From an uncultured Eubacteriales bacterium (GTDB lineage Bacteria > Bacillota > Clostridia > Oscillospirales > Oscillospiraceae), in assembly GCA_900316745.1 (NCBI GenBank), contig ONEB01000011.1, positions 6,105 to 70,104 of the forward strand: a stretch of 64,000 nucleotides of DNA. Reading direction: 5' to 3'. Positions 34,580 through 44,278 of the stretch are shown here, piece by piece; positions within the stretch are counted from its first letter, which is position 1, and each line of letters begins with the position of its first letter. Under the pieces are notes generated by a model. That model made no database searches, was not told the origin of the DNA, and was given only the letters and a program-made list of their open reading frames with translations. A program made the position numbers and the translations under genes.

Positions 34580-34711
34580 CCATCAATTCTTGTTTTCTTT
34601 CTGTTGTAATCTCTTTTCAGGTGGGTAAGTTCCCTTTCTCCTTGCACGATGACAGGTACCACCTACCAGCATGAGGGCAGAATGATGCCTTGGTGAAAAG
34701 CGCGATTGATA

Positions 34712-34966
34712 TTATGTCAACTTATACAGCAGGCTGCTTTTTCCGCCGTTGAGGCGGTATCGCTGCGTGGTTTCAATGAGCCCCTCTCCGCGGAGATCCT
34801 GGAGCGCGCGGCGGACAGTAGACTGGGACAGCTTCAATTCCTTCGCAATCGTAGGAATAGCAGGCCAACAAATGCCGTCCTGATTCGCGCGCTCCGCGAG
34901 ATAGATATAGACGGAGATTGCCCTATGCGGCAGTTCCGTCTGATACAGGAAGCTATACCGACTCAC
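34712..34966 (-). CDS. Small winged-helix/HTH DNA-binding protein (ICE accessory)
   Basis: ISVYIYLAERANQDGICWPAIPTIAKELKLSQSTVRRALQDLRGEGLI; overlaps the coupling-protein gene end. Confidence 0.55.
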   Translation of the reverse strand: MSRYSFLYQTELPHRAISVYIYLAERANQDGICWPAIPTIAKELKLSQSTVRRALQDLRGEGLIETTQRYRLNGGKSSLLYKLT

Positions 34967-36827
34967 GCTTTGGCTCCTTCCACGCCTGACGCGGCGAGTC
35001 GATAATCACATCACTGTTTCTCTCTTTTCCTGCGGACGTTTGCACCTGCGTTTGGCTCGTCTGCTCCGCCTGCGCCTGAGCGAAGGATTTACCACCTTTC
35101 CCGGTTCTGACCTCAGCGTGTGTTTTCACATCTGGGTATTTCTCCAATATTCCCTCTATGATCTCCTGCTTCTGAGCGTAATGAACGATACGGTTTCCAT
35201 TCTCCGGCACAGAATATGTGTTGTTCTGATCGAACACGATGCCCCACTCGAAAAACAGCTTAAGCTTCACTTTCATCGGATGCGCGCCCGTTTTCATGAC
35301 GATGAACTGCCCTTTCGGAAGACTTTTCAGTTCGTCCGGCGTCATGAGCGGGCGCTCAATCATCTGAAGCGACTGAGACGGGTTATCCTTCCCTCTGGAC
35401 ACAGAACCGGACATGACCGTCCGACTCCCAAGCGCTTTGGAGAGCGTTTCCGCAGAGGAACTGTTTGGAGCAAAGCCGCCGAAGATCGTGAGCTGCGTAT
35501 TATCCACTATGATCTCCGCGCCCTCTTTCCCATAGTTTTTATCGAGCTGGGAAAAGGACTGAATGATCGGAACGATCTGCAGTCGGCGGGAACGAGAGGC
35601 GGAAAACATCATTTCAGCAGACTCGATCTTTGGCAGCGTGCCGAACTCATCGCAGAAGAACACGCAGCGGTTTTCAAGCTGCCCTCCGTTCTCATCCGCA
35701 ACCGCAAGAATCTCCCGGTAGAGCTGCTGGATGATGAGAGAAATCATGAAGAACGTATTCGGGTTTTCCTCCGGCATGATGATGAATATCGCGGATTTCT
35801 CCTTACAAAATTTCTCGGCGTCGATCTCCGTATCGAAGCACAGCAGTTGCTCCAGCTCCGAGTCCAGAAAGGAATTCAGCCGGGAGAGCGCCGTGGACAT
35901 AACCGCAGCCATGCTCTGATCTGACGTATTCAGCGCCGCACCGGCAAACCACTTTGCCTTATGATCATCCGGCAGAAGCTCCATCATCTGCTGAAAATGG
36001 TTCTTCCCCTTCTGCTTCGATGGCGCAAGCAGCTCCTGAATGATCTTGAACACGGACACGATGTGCCGCTCCTCTGGCTTGCAGAATTCCGCAAGCAGAA
36101 GAATGGTTGCGGTGAGAAGTCCCTCCGCCGCATCATAGAAATATGCGTTCTGGCCAAACGAGGAAGCATCTGCACCGGAGAGGATAATCGTCTTGGAAAT
36201 GATCTTGGCGTACTTCTCTGCCTTTGCTTTATAGAGCAGTATCTCCGGATTCTCCAGATAGAGATCCATATATTTATTCACGAGATAGAGCAGATTGTTG
36301 CCATTGGAGCGCGTCGGGTTGCGCAGATCAATGACCGACACATGGTAGCCATAGCCTTTGGCAATATTGCCGTAGTTGCGCATGATGTCTCCCTTTGTAT
36401 CGGTGGACAGAAACGACATTCCGCTGGCACAGGCATACTCAATGCACGGATAGAGCCAGTATGCGGTTTTGCCGACGCCAGCAGCGCCGATCATCAGCGC
36501 ATGGACATCTCCGGTATCCACCAGCGCCATAGTGCGCTTCCCCTCGCAACCGACCACAATGCCCTGCGGCAGCTGATTTCCGCTTGAGTCTGTAGGTTTC
36601 GCTCCTCTTGCCGCCTGCTGTCGCCAGCGCTCCGGGGTAAACAGAATGCGCCGGTAAAGCTTCTGGATTTCTCCTCGCGTCGCCCAACGGGCAGTACCGT
36701 GCTGTCCGTCACCCACGGTGCGGCTCTTGATGCGGTCCAGGTTATACAGATGCGTGAGCATGGAGACCACGCCGATGAAAGCGAACATCACAACGCCGAT
36801 GATAATCAGAGTTGTAAGTCCTGACAC
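34953..36827 (-). CDS. Type IV coupling protein (VirD4/TraG family)
   Basis: N-terminal TM segment, Walker A GAAGVGKTAY, Walker B-like CVFFCDEFG, TraG/VirD4-like C-terminal region. Confidence 0.9.
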   Translation of the reverse strand: MSGLTTLIIIGVVMFAFIGVVSMLTHLYNLDRIKSRTVGDGQHGTARWATRGEIQKLYRRILFTPERWRQQAARGAKPTDSSGNQLPQGIVVGCEGKRTMALVDTGDVHALMIGAAGVGKTAYWLYPCIEYACASGMSFLSTDTKGDIMRNYGNIAKGYGYHVSVIDLRNPTRSNGNNLLYLVNKYMDLYLENPEILLYKAKAEKYAKIISKTIILSGADASSFGQNAYFYDAAEGLLTATILLLAEFCKPEERHIVSVFKIIQELLAPSKQKGKNHFQQMMELLPDDHKAKWFAGAALNTSDQSMAAVMSTALSRLNSFLDSELEQLLCFDTEIDAEKFCKEKSAIFIIMPEENPNTFFMISLIIQQLYREILAVADENGGQLENRCVFFCDEFGTLPKIESAEMMFSASRSRRLQIVPIIQSFSQLDKNYGKEGAEIIVDNTQLTIFGGFAPNSSSAETLSKALGSRTVMSGSVSRGKDNPSQSLQMIERPLMTPDELKSLPKGQFIVMKTGAHPMKVKLKLFFEWGIVFDQNNTYSVPENGNRIVHYAQKQEIIEGILEKYPDVKTHAEVRTGKGGKSFAQAQAEQTSQTQVQTSAGKERNSDVIIDSPRQAWKEPKRESV

Positions 36828-37708
36828 ATCGCTTCCTCCTCTCCTGAAAACAGAAGATCCTCGTTCCAGTCCTTATGCGTTGGAACGAGGATTTCACTTT
36901 GTATGCCCATTGTACTGAGCTTTTCCATCATTCTCGCCGCGGCATCATGCCCGGCTTTATCGTTATCCAGACACAGGAACACTTTTTGCAGGCCGGGGTC
37001 ATCCTTCAGCATCTGCATCAGGACACGATCAGAAACTGAGCAAGCAGCAGCATAGCTTTGACTCTGCCAGTTCTCCGGATGCAATGTGATAAAGGATAGC
37101 ATATCAATCGGCGCCTCAAATAAATAGAGCCGACCGCTTTCTCCATGCCAATGGAAGCTGTACTCCGGGATGCTGCCCGCAGCGCTGCCCTTGAATGTGC
37201 TTTCGCTTCCTGTCCCTCGCAGGCTGGCGTGGCGCGGAATGCAGCCCGTGTCATATCCAACGAACACCGCGTTGTGGTAATCGGCAGATTCATAGAGCAT
37301 CTTTTCATGTACAAATGCATTGATGACGTCCCGATCGATCCCGCGCTGGTGCATCAGATATGCGTACACTCGACTCATGCGCTCATTACGAGGCGGCAGT
37401 TGGAATGCTGATGGTTCTTTTTCTGATCGCTCAATGTCTGCGATAGAATTCCCGAGCAGGAGCCGCACCGCCTCCGGGTAGCTCTTGTGGAAGAAACGAC
37501 GCACAAAGGAGATCGCATCTCCTCCCTCCTGTTGATAATGGTGATACCACAGGTTTCCACGGAGCGTCACCTTATCTGGACCGTCGCCCCAGACGTATTC
37601 TCTCCCGGAGCGCTTGACCGGCTCGCCCTGCGACCGGAGCAGATCAATCAGGTCTGTCTCTCGCGCCTGTCGCTTTTCTTCCTCTGTAAATGGGATGTAT
37701 TTTGCCAA
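36806..37708 (-). CDS. DUF3991/Toprim-domain protein (primase-like ICE protein)
   Basis: N-terminal LRGNLWYHHYQQEGGDAISFV; C-terminal Toprim-like LYLFEAPIDMLS...VFLCLDNDKAGHDAA. Confidence 0.7.
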   Translation of the reverse strand: MAKYIPFTEEEKRQARETDLIDLLRSQGEPVKRSGREYVWGDGPDKVTLRGNLWYHHYQQEGGDAISFVRRFFHKSYPEAVRLLLGNSIADIERSEKEPSAFQLPPRNERMSRVYAYLMHQRGIDRDVINAFVHEKMLYESADYHNAVFVGYDTGCIPRHASLRGTGSESTFKGSAAGSIPEYSFHWHGESGRLYLFEAPIDMLSFITLHPENWQSQSYAAACSVSDRVLMQMLKDDPGLQKVFLCLDNDKAGHDAAARMMEKLSTMGIQSEILVPTHKDWNEDLLFSGEEEAMCQDLQL

Positions 37709-37720
37709 TGATCTTCCCTC

Positions 37721-39121
37721 CTATTGTTTCAATCCCTGCGCCTGCTTTTTCTCATTGATGGTGCGCTGCTGCTTTCGATCAATACGGCCTTGTCGCCCAC
37801 GCTCATCCTGCATCCGCTGCTGAATCAGTTTGCTCGTGTGGTAGAGCAGGCGAATCACGCTGCCGCTGACATCAACTGTTGGAGCTGCCAAGGGAGCAGA
37901 CGATTCGCCTACAATTGGTCGTGCAGACACAGATTGTTCTGCGGTCTGCTTTACAGGTGGTGCATCATCGGTATGATCGTCCTGCTCGGCTCCAACTTGT
38001 GTGATGCCCAAAACGATCTTCATTGCCTCCTGGATAACAGCGTTTCGCACGGATTTGAATTCCCTGTTTTCAGAAAGCGGTACCCGCTCCGGCAGCTCAT
38101 CTGTATAAACTTTGATCGTCTCTTCCTTTTGCGTGTACCAGAGATCATACAGAGAAGCGATCCTTGGGTCCTCAGAAAGTCTCCGAACCACAGCGTCAAC
38201 CAGATCCTTCACTTCCGCTTTTAGATAGCCATATACCTTTTGCCCTTTCGTGCGGGACAGCCGTTCCGCAAGCTCCCGAAGCATTTGTTCCAGCACTGGA
38301 TCAGTCACTTCCCCCTCATTGATCTTCTCGACGATCTCTTCTGCCAGTTCGCGGCTGCGAAGGCGAATATCATCGCGCGCCTCAGTCTGCTTCTGATATA
38401 CCGAAATCAAATCCTGAGAAAAGATTTCTCTTCCCAAGGAAGCGCGCAAAGCCGCAATGCCCTGCTGAGACAGATAGCCCTCGCTTGGATCTGAAGAGTA
38501 AACGATCATGTGGACGTGTGGATGATGTCCTTCATTATGAAAAGCCGCATACCACTTCAGATGGCTTATTGGAATGTGAAATTGCATAGCCAGCTCATGA
38601 TTCTTCGTCTGTAGCAGTTCCCTCCAGCTTCGGCCGGAGTTATATCCAAGCCGCTCTGCATCCTCTCGCCGAAGCGAGAGGATTGCTGTCCATACGTTGC
38701 CGGTATAGGCGTTCATCTCTTTTGACACTTGATCGAGCTGCACAGGAACGCCTGCATCGGAAAATAAGCCATGAGTGCCCAGGCGTTCTGCTCTGGGACG
38801 CAGCGCGATATAGTCCGCATAGGTTTTTTGATCCAGTATGGATGCTGCATTCTCCTCCAACGCACAAGACAGGAATTCAGATGCATTCCTCATATTCGGT
38901 TGCGAAAGATAATCATCATACTCCAACAATTCTCTGCTCTCAGGAAAGTCTTTGAGCAATTTTTGAATCATCTGTTTCTGCTTCACGGTCGCATCTGCAA
39001 GCCCCTGTGTGTCGTTGATGGGATCAACTCCCTCGCGGGTGGCTATGTATTTTGCATAGCCACCCACGCCGGTGCGTGCACCTGGCTTCAAGTATTTGAA
39101 CTTCGTCACCAGCCGCGCCAT
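37721..39121 (-). CDS. Relaxase/mobilisation nuclease (MOBP-like histidine triad)
   Basis: N-terminal YAKYIATREG (candidate catalytic Tyr region) and HNEGHHPHVHMIV, which fits H-x-D/E-x-x-x-P-H-x-H. Confidence 0.8.
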   Translation of the reverse strand: MARLVTKFKYLKPGARTGVGGYAKYIATREGVDPINDTQGLADATVKQKQMIQKLLKDFPESRELLEYDDYLSQPNMRNASEFLSCALEENAASILDQKTYADYIALRPRAERLGTHGLFSDAGVPVQLDQVSKEMNAYTGNVWTAILSLRREDAERLGYNSGRSWRELLQTKNHELAMQFHIPISHLKWYAAFHNEGHHPHVHMIVYSSDPSEGYLSQQGIAALRASLGREIFSQDLISVYQKQTEARDDIRLRSRELAEEIVEKINEGEVTDPVLEQMLRELAERLSRTKGQKVYGYLKAEVKDLVDAVVRRLSEDPRIASLYDLWYTQKEETIKVYTDELPERVPLSENREFKSVRNAVIQEAMKIVLGITQVGAEQDDHTDDAPPVKQTAEQSVSARPIVGESSAPLAAPTVDVSGSVIRLLYHTSKLIQQRMQDERGRQGRIDRKQQRTINEKKQAQGLKQ

Positions 39122-39124
39122 AGC

Positions 39125-39535
39125 TTAGCCTCCGTGCTGCCACTCCAGCGCATCTTCATATCTGAACGAGCCGTTCAGTCTTTTGACCTCCTGCACGCAC
39201 TGCCCGCGCAGGCGTTCCATGGAGACGGGATCAAGGTTGTGATCCGCTGCAATCAGATTCATCAGGATCGCAAGCTCTACTGTCAGCTTAAACAGTATTC
39301 GGTTTTGGCGGTTATCACTCGCCTCAGCAATGCCTTGCATCGTAGAGAGAAACATGTGCGGAAAATAATTTGCGGGATCTCCCGCTGTGAGATAACCGAC
39401 GTAGAATCGGACCGCTTTCTCAATGAACTCCGATCTACTGCGGCAGTCATCACCTCGGTAGAGCTCATTAATTTTTACCAATGTTTCCGGGTGAAGCCAT
39501 GTAGCAAACTTCTGTTTATTCTTCGGTACTGCCAT
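39125..39535 (-). CDS. Relaxosome accessory protein (ribbon-helix-helix / MobC-like)
   Basis: Lies directly upstream of the relaxase. ...RSRSEFIEKAVRFYVGYL is an RHH-like segment. ATG at 39535 follows GGAGG; the track ORF is extended to 39553. Confidence 0.55.
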   Translation of the reverse strand: MAVPKNKQKFATWLHPETLVKINELYRGDDCRSRSEFIEKAVRFYVGYLTAGDPANYFPHMFLSTMQGIAEASDNRQNRILFKLTVELAILMNLIAADHNLDPVSMERLRGQCVQEVKRLNGSFRYEDALEWQHGG

Positions 39536-39553
39536 TTTTCCTCCTGTAACCAC

Positions 39554-39880
39554 GCAACCCCGCTGAAAAGCCTGAATTCATCGGGATTATTTCGATAATA
39601 GGTTCACCGCGCAACTCCGGTCTCCAAACCGGGTGCAACCCAGCGCTGAAAGTCCGAAACCCCTTGAGCGACCGGCGTTGCCGGGCGCCGTGAATGGCGA
39701 AGGGTTGCCGAAGCAACCCCTTCGCTTTCTCCTGCTTGAAAATCGACCCTGTCGATTTGCCGTTACCCCGGCGGTTCAAGCTGCGCCAAAACCGGGGCAA
39801 CGCCGCATTCTGCCGCCACATGGTATCCCGGTGCTGGAAACCGCGACACACGGGCAACAACGCGGCAAAGCGGGCTTCCC
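39554..39880. other. Structured GC-rich intergenic region; candidate oriT
   Basis: 327 nt of noncoding DNA upstream of mobC-relaxase. Hairpins at 39696-39725 (ggcgaagggttgc-cgaa-gcaaccccttcgc) and 39741-39757 (aatcgac-cct-gtcgatt), plus distal complementary cggcgttgccgg / ccggggcaacgccg. Confidence 0.35.
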
Positions 39881-40573
39881 TCACGCTGCTCGGAACGGGA
39901 TGTAGCCAAGCAGGCTGTCCTTCCCTCCCAAGTGCTGGTTCACGGTTCGGTAAAGGAAGGTCACTGCCTCGGCTCGCGTGCAGCTTTTCGTCGGAGAGAA
40001 ATAGCCTTCTGCTGTGCCGGAGATAATCTTTTGATCGCTGAGGAAGAACACGGCGTGCGAATAGTAAGCGCTGGGCGGGACATCATAGTATGTTTTTACG
40101 GTTTCATAGTCCACCCGACTTCCAAGCGCTCGCCAGAGGAACGTAACCACCTCCGCGCGGCTGATCGTGTCGTTCGGACAGAAGCACCGGACGCCGTTGA
40201 TGTATTCCCCGGTGCAGATGCCCTTCTGGCAAGCCCATGCCACCGCTTTCGCATAGTAAGCAGCGCTGTTCACGTCCGCGAATGGAATCGTCAGATTTCC
40301 TTTTGAATCCTTGGACGGTTGCGGGCAGCAGGCGTCTCGCCAGAGAAAAGTTAAGAACTGTGCACGTGTGCAAACACGGTTCGGAGAGAACGTCGTATTG
40401 CTGGTGCCGGAGGTGATATCCTCTCTGCACGCCCAGCGCACCGCGTCATAATACCAGGAGCCGCTTTTCACGTCATTGAAGTTCGTCACAGAAGCAGCAC
40501 TGGCGCCGGACATGCATCCGAGCGCTAGCACCACGATCAGCATTGCTGCAATGATTCTTTTGAAATGTTTCAT
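39881..40573 (-). CDS. Secreted protein consisting only of three SLH domains
   Basis: Signal peptide ...GASAAS, then three units (FNDVKSGSWYYDAVRWA..., FADVNSAAYYAKAVAWA..., YYDVPPSAYYSHAVFFL...), each ending ...TRA-x-x-VTFL-W/Y-R. Confidence 0.8.
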   Translation of the reverse strand: MKHFKRIIAAMLIVVLALGCMSGASAASVTNFNDVKSGSWYYDAVRWACREDITSGTSNTTFSPNRVCTRAQFLTFLWRDACCPQPSKDSKGNLTIPFADVNSAAYYAKAVAWACQKGICTGEYINGVRCFCPNDTISRAEVVTFLWRALGSRVDYETVKTYYDVPPSAYYSHAVFFLSDQKIISGTAEGYFSPTKSCTRAEAVTFLYRTVNQHLGGKDSLLGYIPFRAA

Positions 40574-40588
40574 TGGTTTTTCCTTTCC

Positions 40589-41266
40589 TTACAAATTCAT
40601 CTGGGGGTAATCGATTTCCGGCTCGTCACTCTCAAGCACAATTTCCTTTCCTTTCAGCGCAGTATGGAAGATCTCCGAACGGGCCGTCAGGTCAAGCCCC
40701 TGCTTCCGGTTCGCCTTATACGCCGCTATGGAGACATCATGCAGTGAGTAGGTCCACCAGGCGTTGTCGCTGCTCTCACAGACACTCATCGTGCCACCCT
40801 CAAAGTCCAAATCCACAAGCGCAGTAATCCTGTGATCATTCGGCATGCTGTCACAGAGTGATGAGAAGCTATTCGCGTCAATCTCATTTGCCACACCGAA
40901 GTGCTTCACCATATCCACAACCGAAGTTGTTCCAACCAGCTCTTGCAGCTTCAGCCGATAGGCGCACGCGATGCTGTAGAAATCTGTGCGCGTCTGAGAC
41001 GTCAGAAAGCAATCGTTTTCCGAATCGTGCAGATGGATCACGGAAAAACGAATCGCATCCTCCTGTGCTTTACGGATCTGAACCGCTTCCGCTTCCAGCT
41101 GCTGCTCAAGCGCATTGCGCTCCGAGTATGGAACCGTCTGAACGTAAATAGAAGTCAACGCAGCCTGAAGCGCACGCACTGCATCGTTGCCGTTTCTCCG
41201 AAGATAGGATTCCAGGAGCTGCAGCCTCTGTTCATTGAAGTACACCGTGAGCTCAACATCATTCAT
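40589..41266 (-). CDS. ICE hypothetical protein (225 aa); its N-terminal segment is paralogous to the preceding 80-aa protein
   Basis: MNDVELTVYFNEQRLQLLESYLRRNG...ALQAALTSIYVQTVP compares with VSVSYDADKLAALQLYLEQKG...ALAQAVDALYSKHVP. Start at 41266 (ATGAATGA overlap); the track ORF is extended to 41473. Confidence 0.5.
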   Translation of the reverse strand: MNDVELTVYFNEQRLQLLESYLRRNGNDAVRALQAALTSIYVQTVPYSERNALEQQLEAEAVQIRKAQEDAIRFSVIHLHDSENDCFLTSQTRTDFYSIACAYRLKLQELVGTTSVVDMVKHFGVANEIDANSFSSLCDSMPNDHRITALVDLDFEGGTMSVCESSDNAWWTYSLHDVSIAAYKANRKQGLDLTARSEIFHTALKGKEIVLESDEPEIDYPQMNL

Positions 41267-41501
41267 GCTCAGGTTCCTCCGTTTTGCCGGACGCACGGCG
41301 CGGCTTTCGAGACTCCTGCGGAGCGGATCCTCCGCGCAGATCGAGGAATTCCCGAACACCAGTCGGCACATGCTTTGAGTAAAGCGCGTCCACCGCCTGT
41401 GCCAGAGCTGCTTCCATAGTTGTTCCTTTCTGCTCCAGATACAGCTGGAGCGCTGCCAGCTTGTCAGCGTCATATGAGACGCTGACGGTTGTTTTCTTCA
41501 T
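41259..41501 (-). CDS. ICE small hypothetical protein (80 aa)
   Basis: Compact ORF between the CHAP hydrolase gene and the 225-aa gene; basic/acidic tail. Confidence 0.5.
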   Translation of the reverse strand: MKKTTVSVSYDADKLAALQLYLEQKGTTMEAALAQAVDALYSKHVPTGVREFLDLRGGSAPQESRKPRRASGKTEEPEHE

Positions 41502-41506
41502 GCTCT

Positions 41507-42430
41507 CTAACCTCCTGTTCCGCTGGCATCATAAGTGCCATAGCCGAGAATTTCATAATATCCGATTGCGTACTGGCGCTCGCGGCAGCTGTTGCTGGAA
41601 TTGCCTTCAATCGTGTAGACCACGCCGTTTTCCACGCGCTCCACAATGCCGACGTGATCCGCCGTTCCGTCCTGACCGTTTCTTGCCCAATCGAAGAAGA
41701 TAATCATGCCTGGTGACGGTGTTTCCGTCCGCTCCAGCCACTGTCCCTTGGATCGAAACCAATTCACGCCGTCCGGACAATAGGAGAATTTCGGCAGGAT
41801 GCCGCCCTCCAGGTAACCGCTCTCGTTGGCGCACCAGCTCACGAAGCAGGCGCACCATTCCACCCGCGTTTCAAACCCATACCACGACCAGTAGGGTTCT
41901 CCTCCGATGTTGCCGAGCTGCGACAGCGCGGCGGACACGATATCCGGGCTGATAGAGCCCATGAGCTTAGTAAATTCCTCCGTGGAGATATTGGTACCGA
42001 AGGCAGCGTTGACCGCCGCGACAAGCTCGTCATCCGTCTGCTCCGGCGCAAAGCACGCTACCAGCTTCTCCACAAAGTCCGGCTCGTTTGCGTATTCAGA
42101 GAGTGCAAGCGTATACAGCACCTGCGCCTCCAGAACACAATGCGCATCAAGTTCCGCCTCGGCCATCTCTGTTTCGATTGCGTGCATGGTATCCTCCACG
42201 AGCTGCAGGCGCTGGATCTCGGCATCGGACAGATTCTCTTCGACCACAGTCTGCAGGCGATCCCAATCGATCTCCACGCCGCTGTTAAACACGCTGACCA
42301 CAGCGAAGATCGGCGTCAGAATGGCAACTATGAGAATCAGAACCACCGTCAACAGCTTTTTGCCGAACTTCTGATCCGTCGCTGCCGCGGCTGCGAGCTT
42401 CTTGAGTGCAGCAACGACAGTCTCACCCAT
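41507..42430 (-). CDS. Conjugation-associated cell-wall hydrolase (N-terminal TM segment plus C-terminal CHAP/NlpC-P60-like amidase)
   Basis: EWCACFVSWCANESGY (catalytic Cys region) and DHVGIVERVENGVVYTIEGNS (His region). Confidence 0.8.
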   Translation of the reverse strand: MGETVVAALKKLAAAAATDQKFGKKLLTVVLILIVAILTPIFAVVSVFNSGVEIDWDRLQTVVEENLSDAEIQRLQLVEDTMHAIETEMAEAELDAHCVLEAQVLYTLALSEYANEPDFVEKLVACFAPEQTDDELVAAVNAAFGTNISTEEFTKLMGSISPDIVSAALSQLGNIGGEPYWSWYGFETRVEWCACFVSWCANESGYLEGGILPKFSYCPDGVNWFRSKGQWLERTETPSPGMIIFFDWARNGQDGTADHVGIVERVENGVVYTIEGNSSNSCRERQYAIGYYEILGYGTYDASGTGG

Positions 42431-44259
42431 CAGCGGCCTCCCGCTTTACCAAACAGCTCTGCCTTGTAGTCCGGCGCGATTACCTGTAGCAGATACCGTT
42501 CGTTGCCGCAGCGGTAGAGGCAGGTGCCGCGCTCCGGATACTTAATCAGCTCATACTCGCTCCCCTCTACCTGAAGTGCATCCATATACTCTCTCGGGTT
42601 GATCTGGCCCGGATGGAACAGGAACTGATGCGTAGGGATGCTGAACAGCGGCTTTGTAAACTCACGAATGGTGGGAATCAAAAAATCCTCCAGATTCTGA
42701 CTTGCCAGAATGATGGAGGATTCTTTCTTTCGTACACGCTTCATCGCATTACGGATGTATTCGATTGCCGTCATGTTTGTGAGGAAGAGATACAGCTCAT
42801 CGATGGACGCTGCGGTGTTTCCCTGTCCGAGCAGCTGGTTGCTAATAAACGAGAGGATATTGAACAGCATCGCATCCTTAAGCCTCTTATTCGTATCCAA
42901 CAGCCCCTTCACGCCGAAGACGAGGAACTGCGAGTCCGTGACATTGGTGTAGCCATTAAAATACCGGCTCTCCGCACCAATGCACATGGAGTGAATTCCC
43001 AGGCATACCGCCTGCAGCGTTTCCTCAGTGTAAAGGTACTTGCGCTGCTTATCATAAGTCATATACTCCTCTTCGCAGAGCTTATACAGATCCTCCATGA
43101 TCGGAAAGTCACGCGGGCGCATCACGCTGTAATCCGTGGAATCGGTGATGCCGAAGCGGGCATAGAGCTTTGCCAGGAGGATCTCAATGGTATCAATCTG
43201 ACTGTCATCGAAGTCCTTGTAGCTGCGGAAGAAGTCCTTGAGGAACGCAATGTGCTGGCTCAGCCGCGTGACACGGCGAAACGGCTCTGGCGTGGTTGCG
43301 TCCACCTCCCCGCTGCCATCCGTCCATGCCTTCGGTTCCAACGGATTGATCGTATACTCCCCGGAGAGGAAGTCGATATAGCACCCCCCGAGCGCCTCGC
43401 AAAGCTCTTCATATTCCGCCTCCGGATCGAGGCAGATGATCTGCTTTCCGGACTCCCGGATGTTTGTGAGGATCAGCTTTAGCAGATGGCTCTTGCCCTG
43501 CCCTGAGTTACCGAGGATCAGAATATTGGACGTAGTCTTATCCTCAGATCGCCGGTCAAAATCCACAAGGATGTTGGTGCCAAACTTATCACGCCCGACG
43601 TACAGTCCCTGTGGGTCCGTCTTGCCGGAGAAGTTCAGCGGATAGAGGTTTGCTACCGCGCTGGCCGGGAGGACGCGCTCATACTGCGTGCCGAACTGAT
43701 TTGCACCTACCGGCAGAACAGAGAGAAACCCTGCCTGCTGGCGAAGTGTCAGCCGTTCTACCTCAATCTTAGAGCGCGTCAGCTCCATGGAGATGTCGCT
43801 TTGGAGCGCTCTCAGCGCTTCCAGGCTTTTCGCTCTCAGCTCGATATACACCGCACAGTGCAGCAACGGTTCCCGGTTCTTGCGCAGGTTTGCCAGTAGC
43901 TCCACCACATCCTGCAGATTTCCCTCCGCCTCAATGGTTTCGTTCACATCGTTGCTGCCGGACTGAAGTCGGTTGCGACGTGTCGCGTTCTGGACGATCT
44001 TGCGCTGCTCCATGCTCTCGACCGGGCGGGAGTAGATATGCAACGTCACACCGCTGTGGTCCGCAAGCTGTGACAGGATCGCCTGTTCCTCCGTGCTGGG
44101 CGGGTACTCTCGCACCGCCCACACCGAGCAATAGTTGTCCCCGACAATGTAGTGATCCGTCAGGAACTTGATTGTCCCCGGCAAGATGCAGTCGAAGAAA
44201 TCCTTGGTCCGGATTTCTTCCATCTGCTCTGGCGTCAGAGACTTTTTCTTTCGTTTCAT
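42430..44259 (-). CDS. VirB4-like conjugative transfer ATPase
   Basis: Walker A GNSGQGKSHLLK, Walker B-like AASIDELYLF. ATG at 44259 follows GGAAAGGAGGAA; the track ORF is extended to 44340. Confidence 0.9.
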   Translation of the reverse strand: MKRKKKSLTPEQMEEIRTKDFFDCILPGTIKFLTDHYIVGDNYCSVWAVREYPPSTEEQAILSQLADHSGVTLHIYSRPVESMEQRKIVQNATRRNRLQSGSNDVNETIEAEGNLQDVVELLANLRKNREPLLHCAVYIELRAKSLEALRALQSDISMELTRSKIEVERLTLRQQAGFLSVLPVGANQFGTQYERVLPASAVANLYPLNFSGKTDPQGLYVGRDKFGTNILVDFDRRSEDKTTSNILILGNSGQGKSHLLKLILTNIRESGKQIICLDPEAEYEELCEALGGCYIDFLSGEYTINPLEPKAWTDGSGEVDATTPEPFRRVTRLSQHIAFLKDFFRSYKDFDDSQIDTIEILLAKLYARFGITDSTDYSVMRPRDFPIMEDLYKLCEEEYMTYDKQRKYLYTEETLQAVCLGIHSMCIGAESRYFNGYTNVTDSQFLVFGVKGLLDTNKRLKDAMLFNILSFISNQLLGQGNTAASIDELYLFLTNMTAIEYIRNAMKRVRKKESSIILASQNLEDFLIPTIREFTKPLFSIPTHQFLFHPGQINPREYMDALQVEGSEYELIKYPERGTCLYRCGNERYLLQVIAPDYKAELFGKAGGR

Positions 44260-44278
44260 CGGTTTCCTCCTTTCCGAT

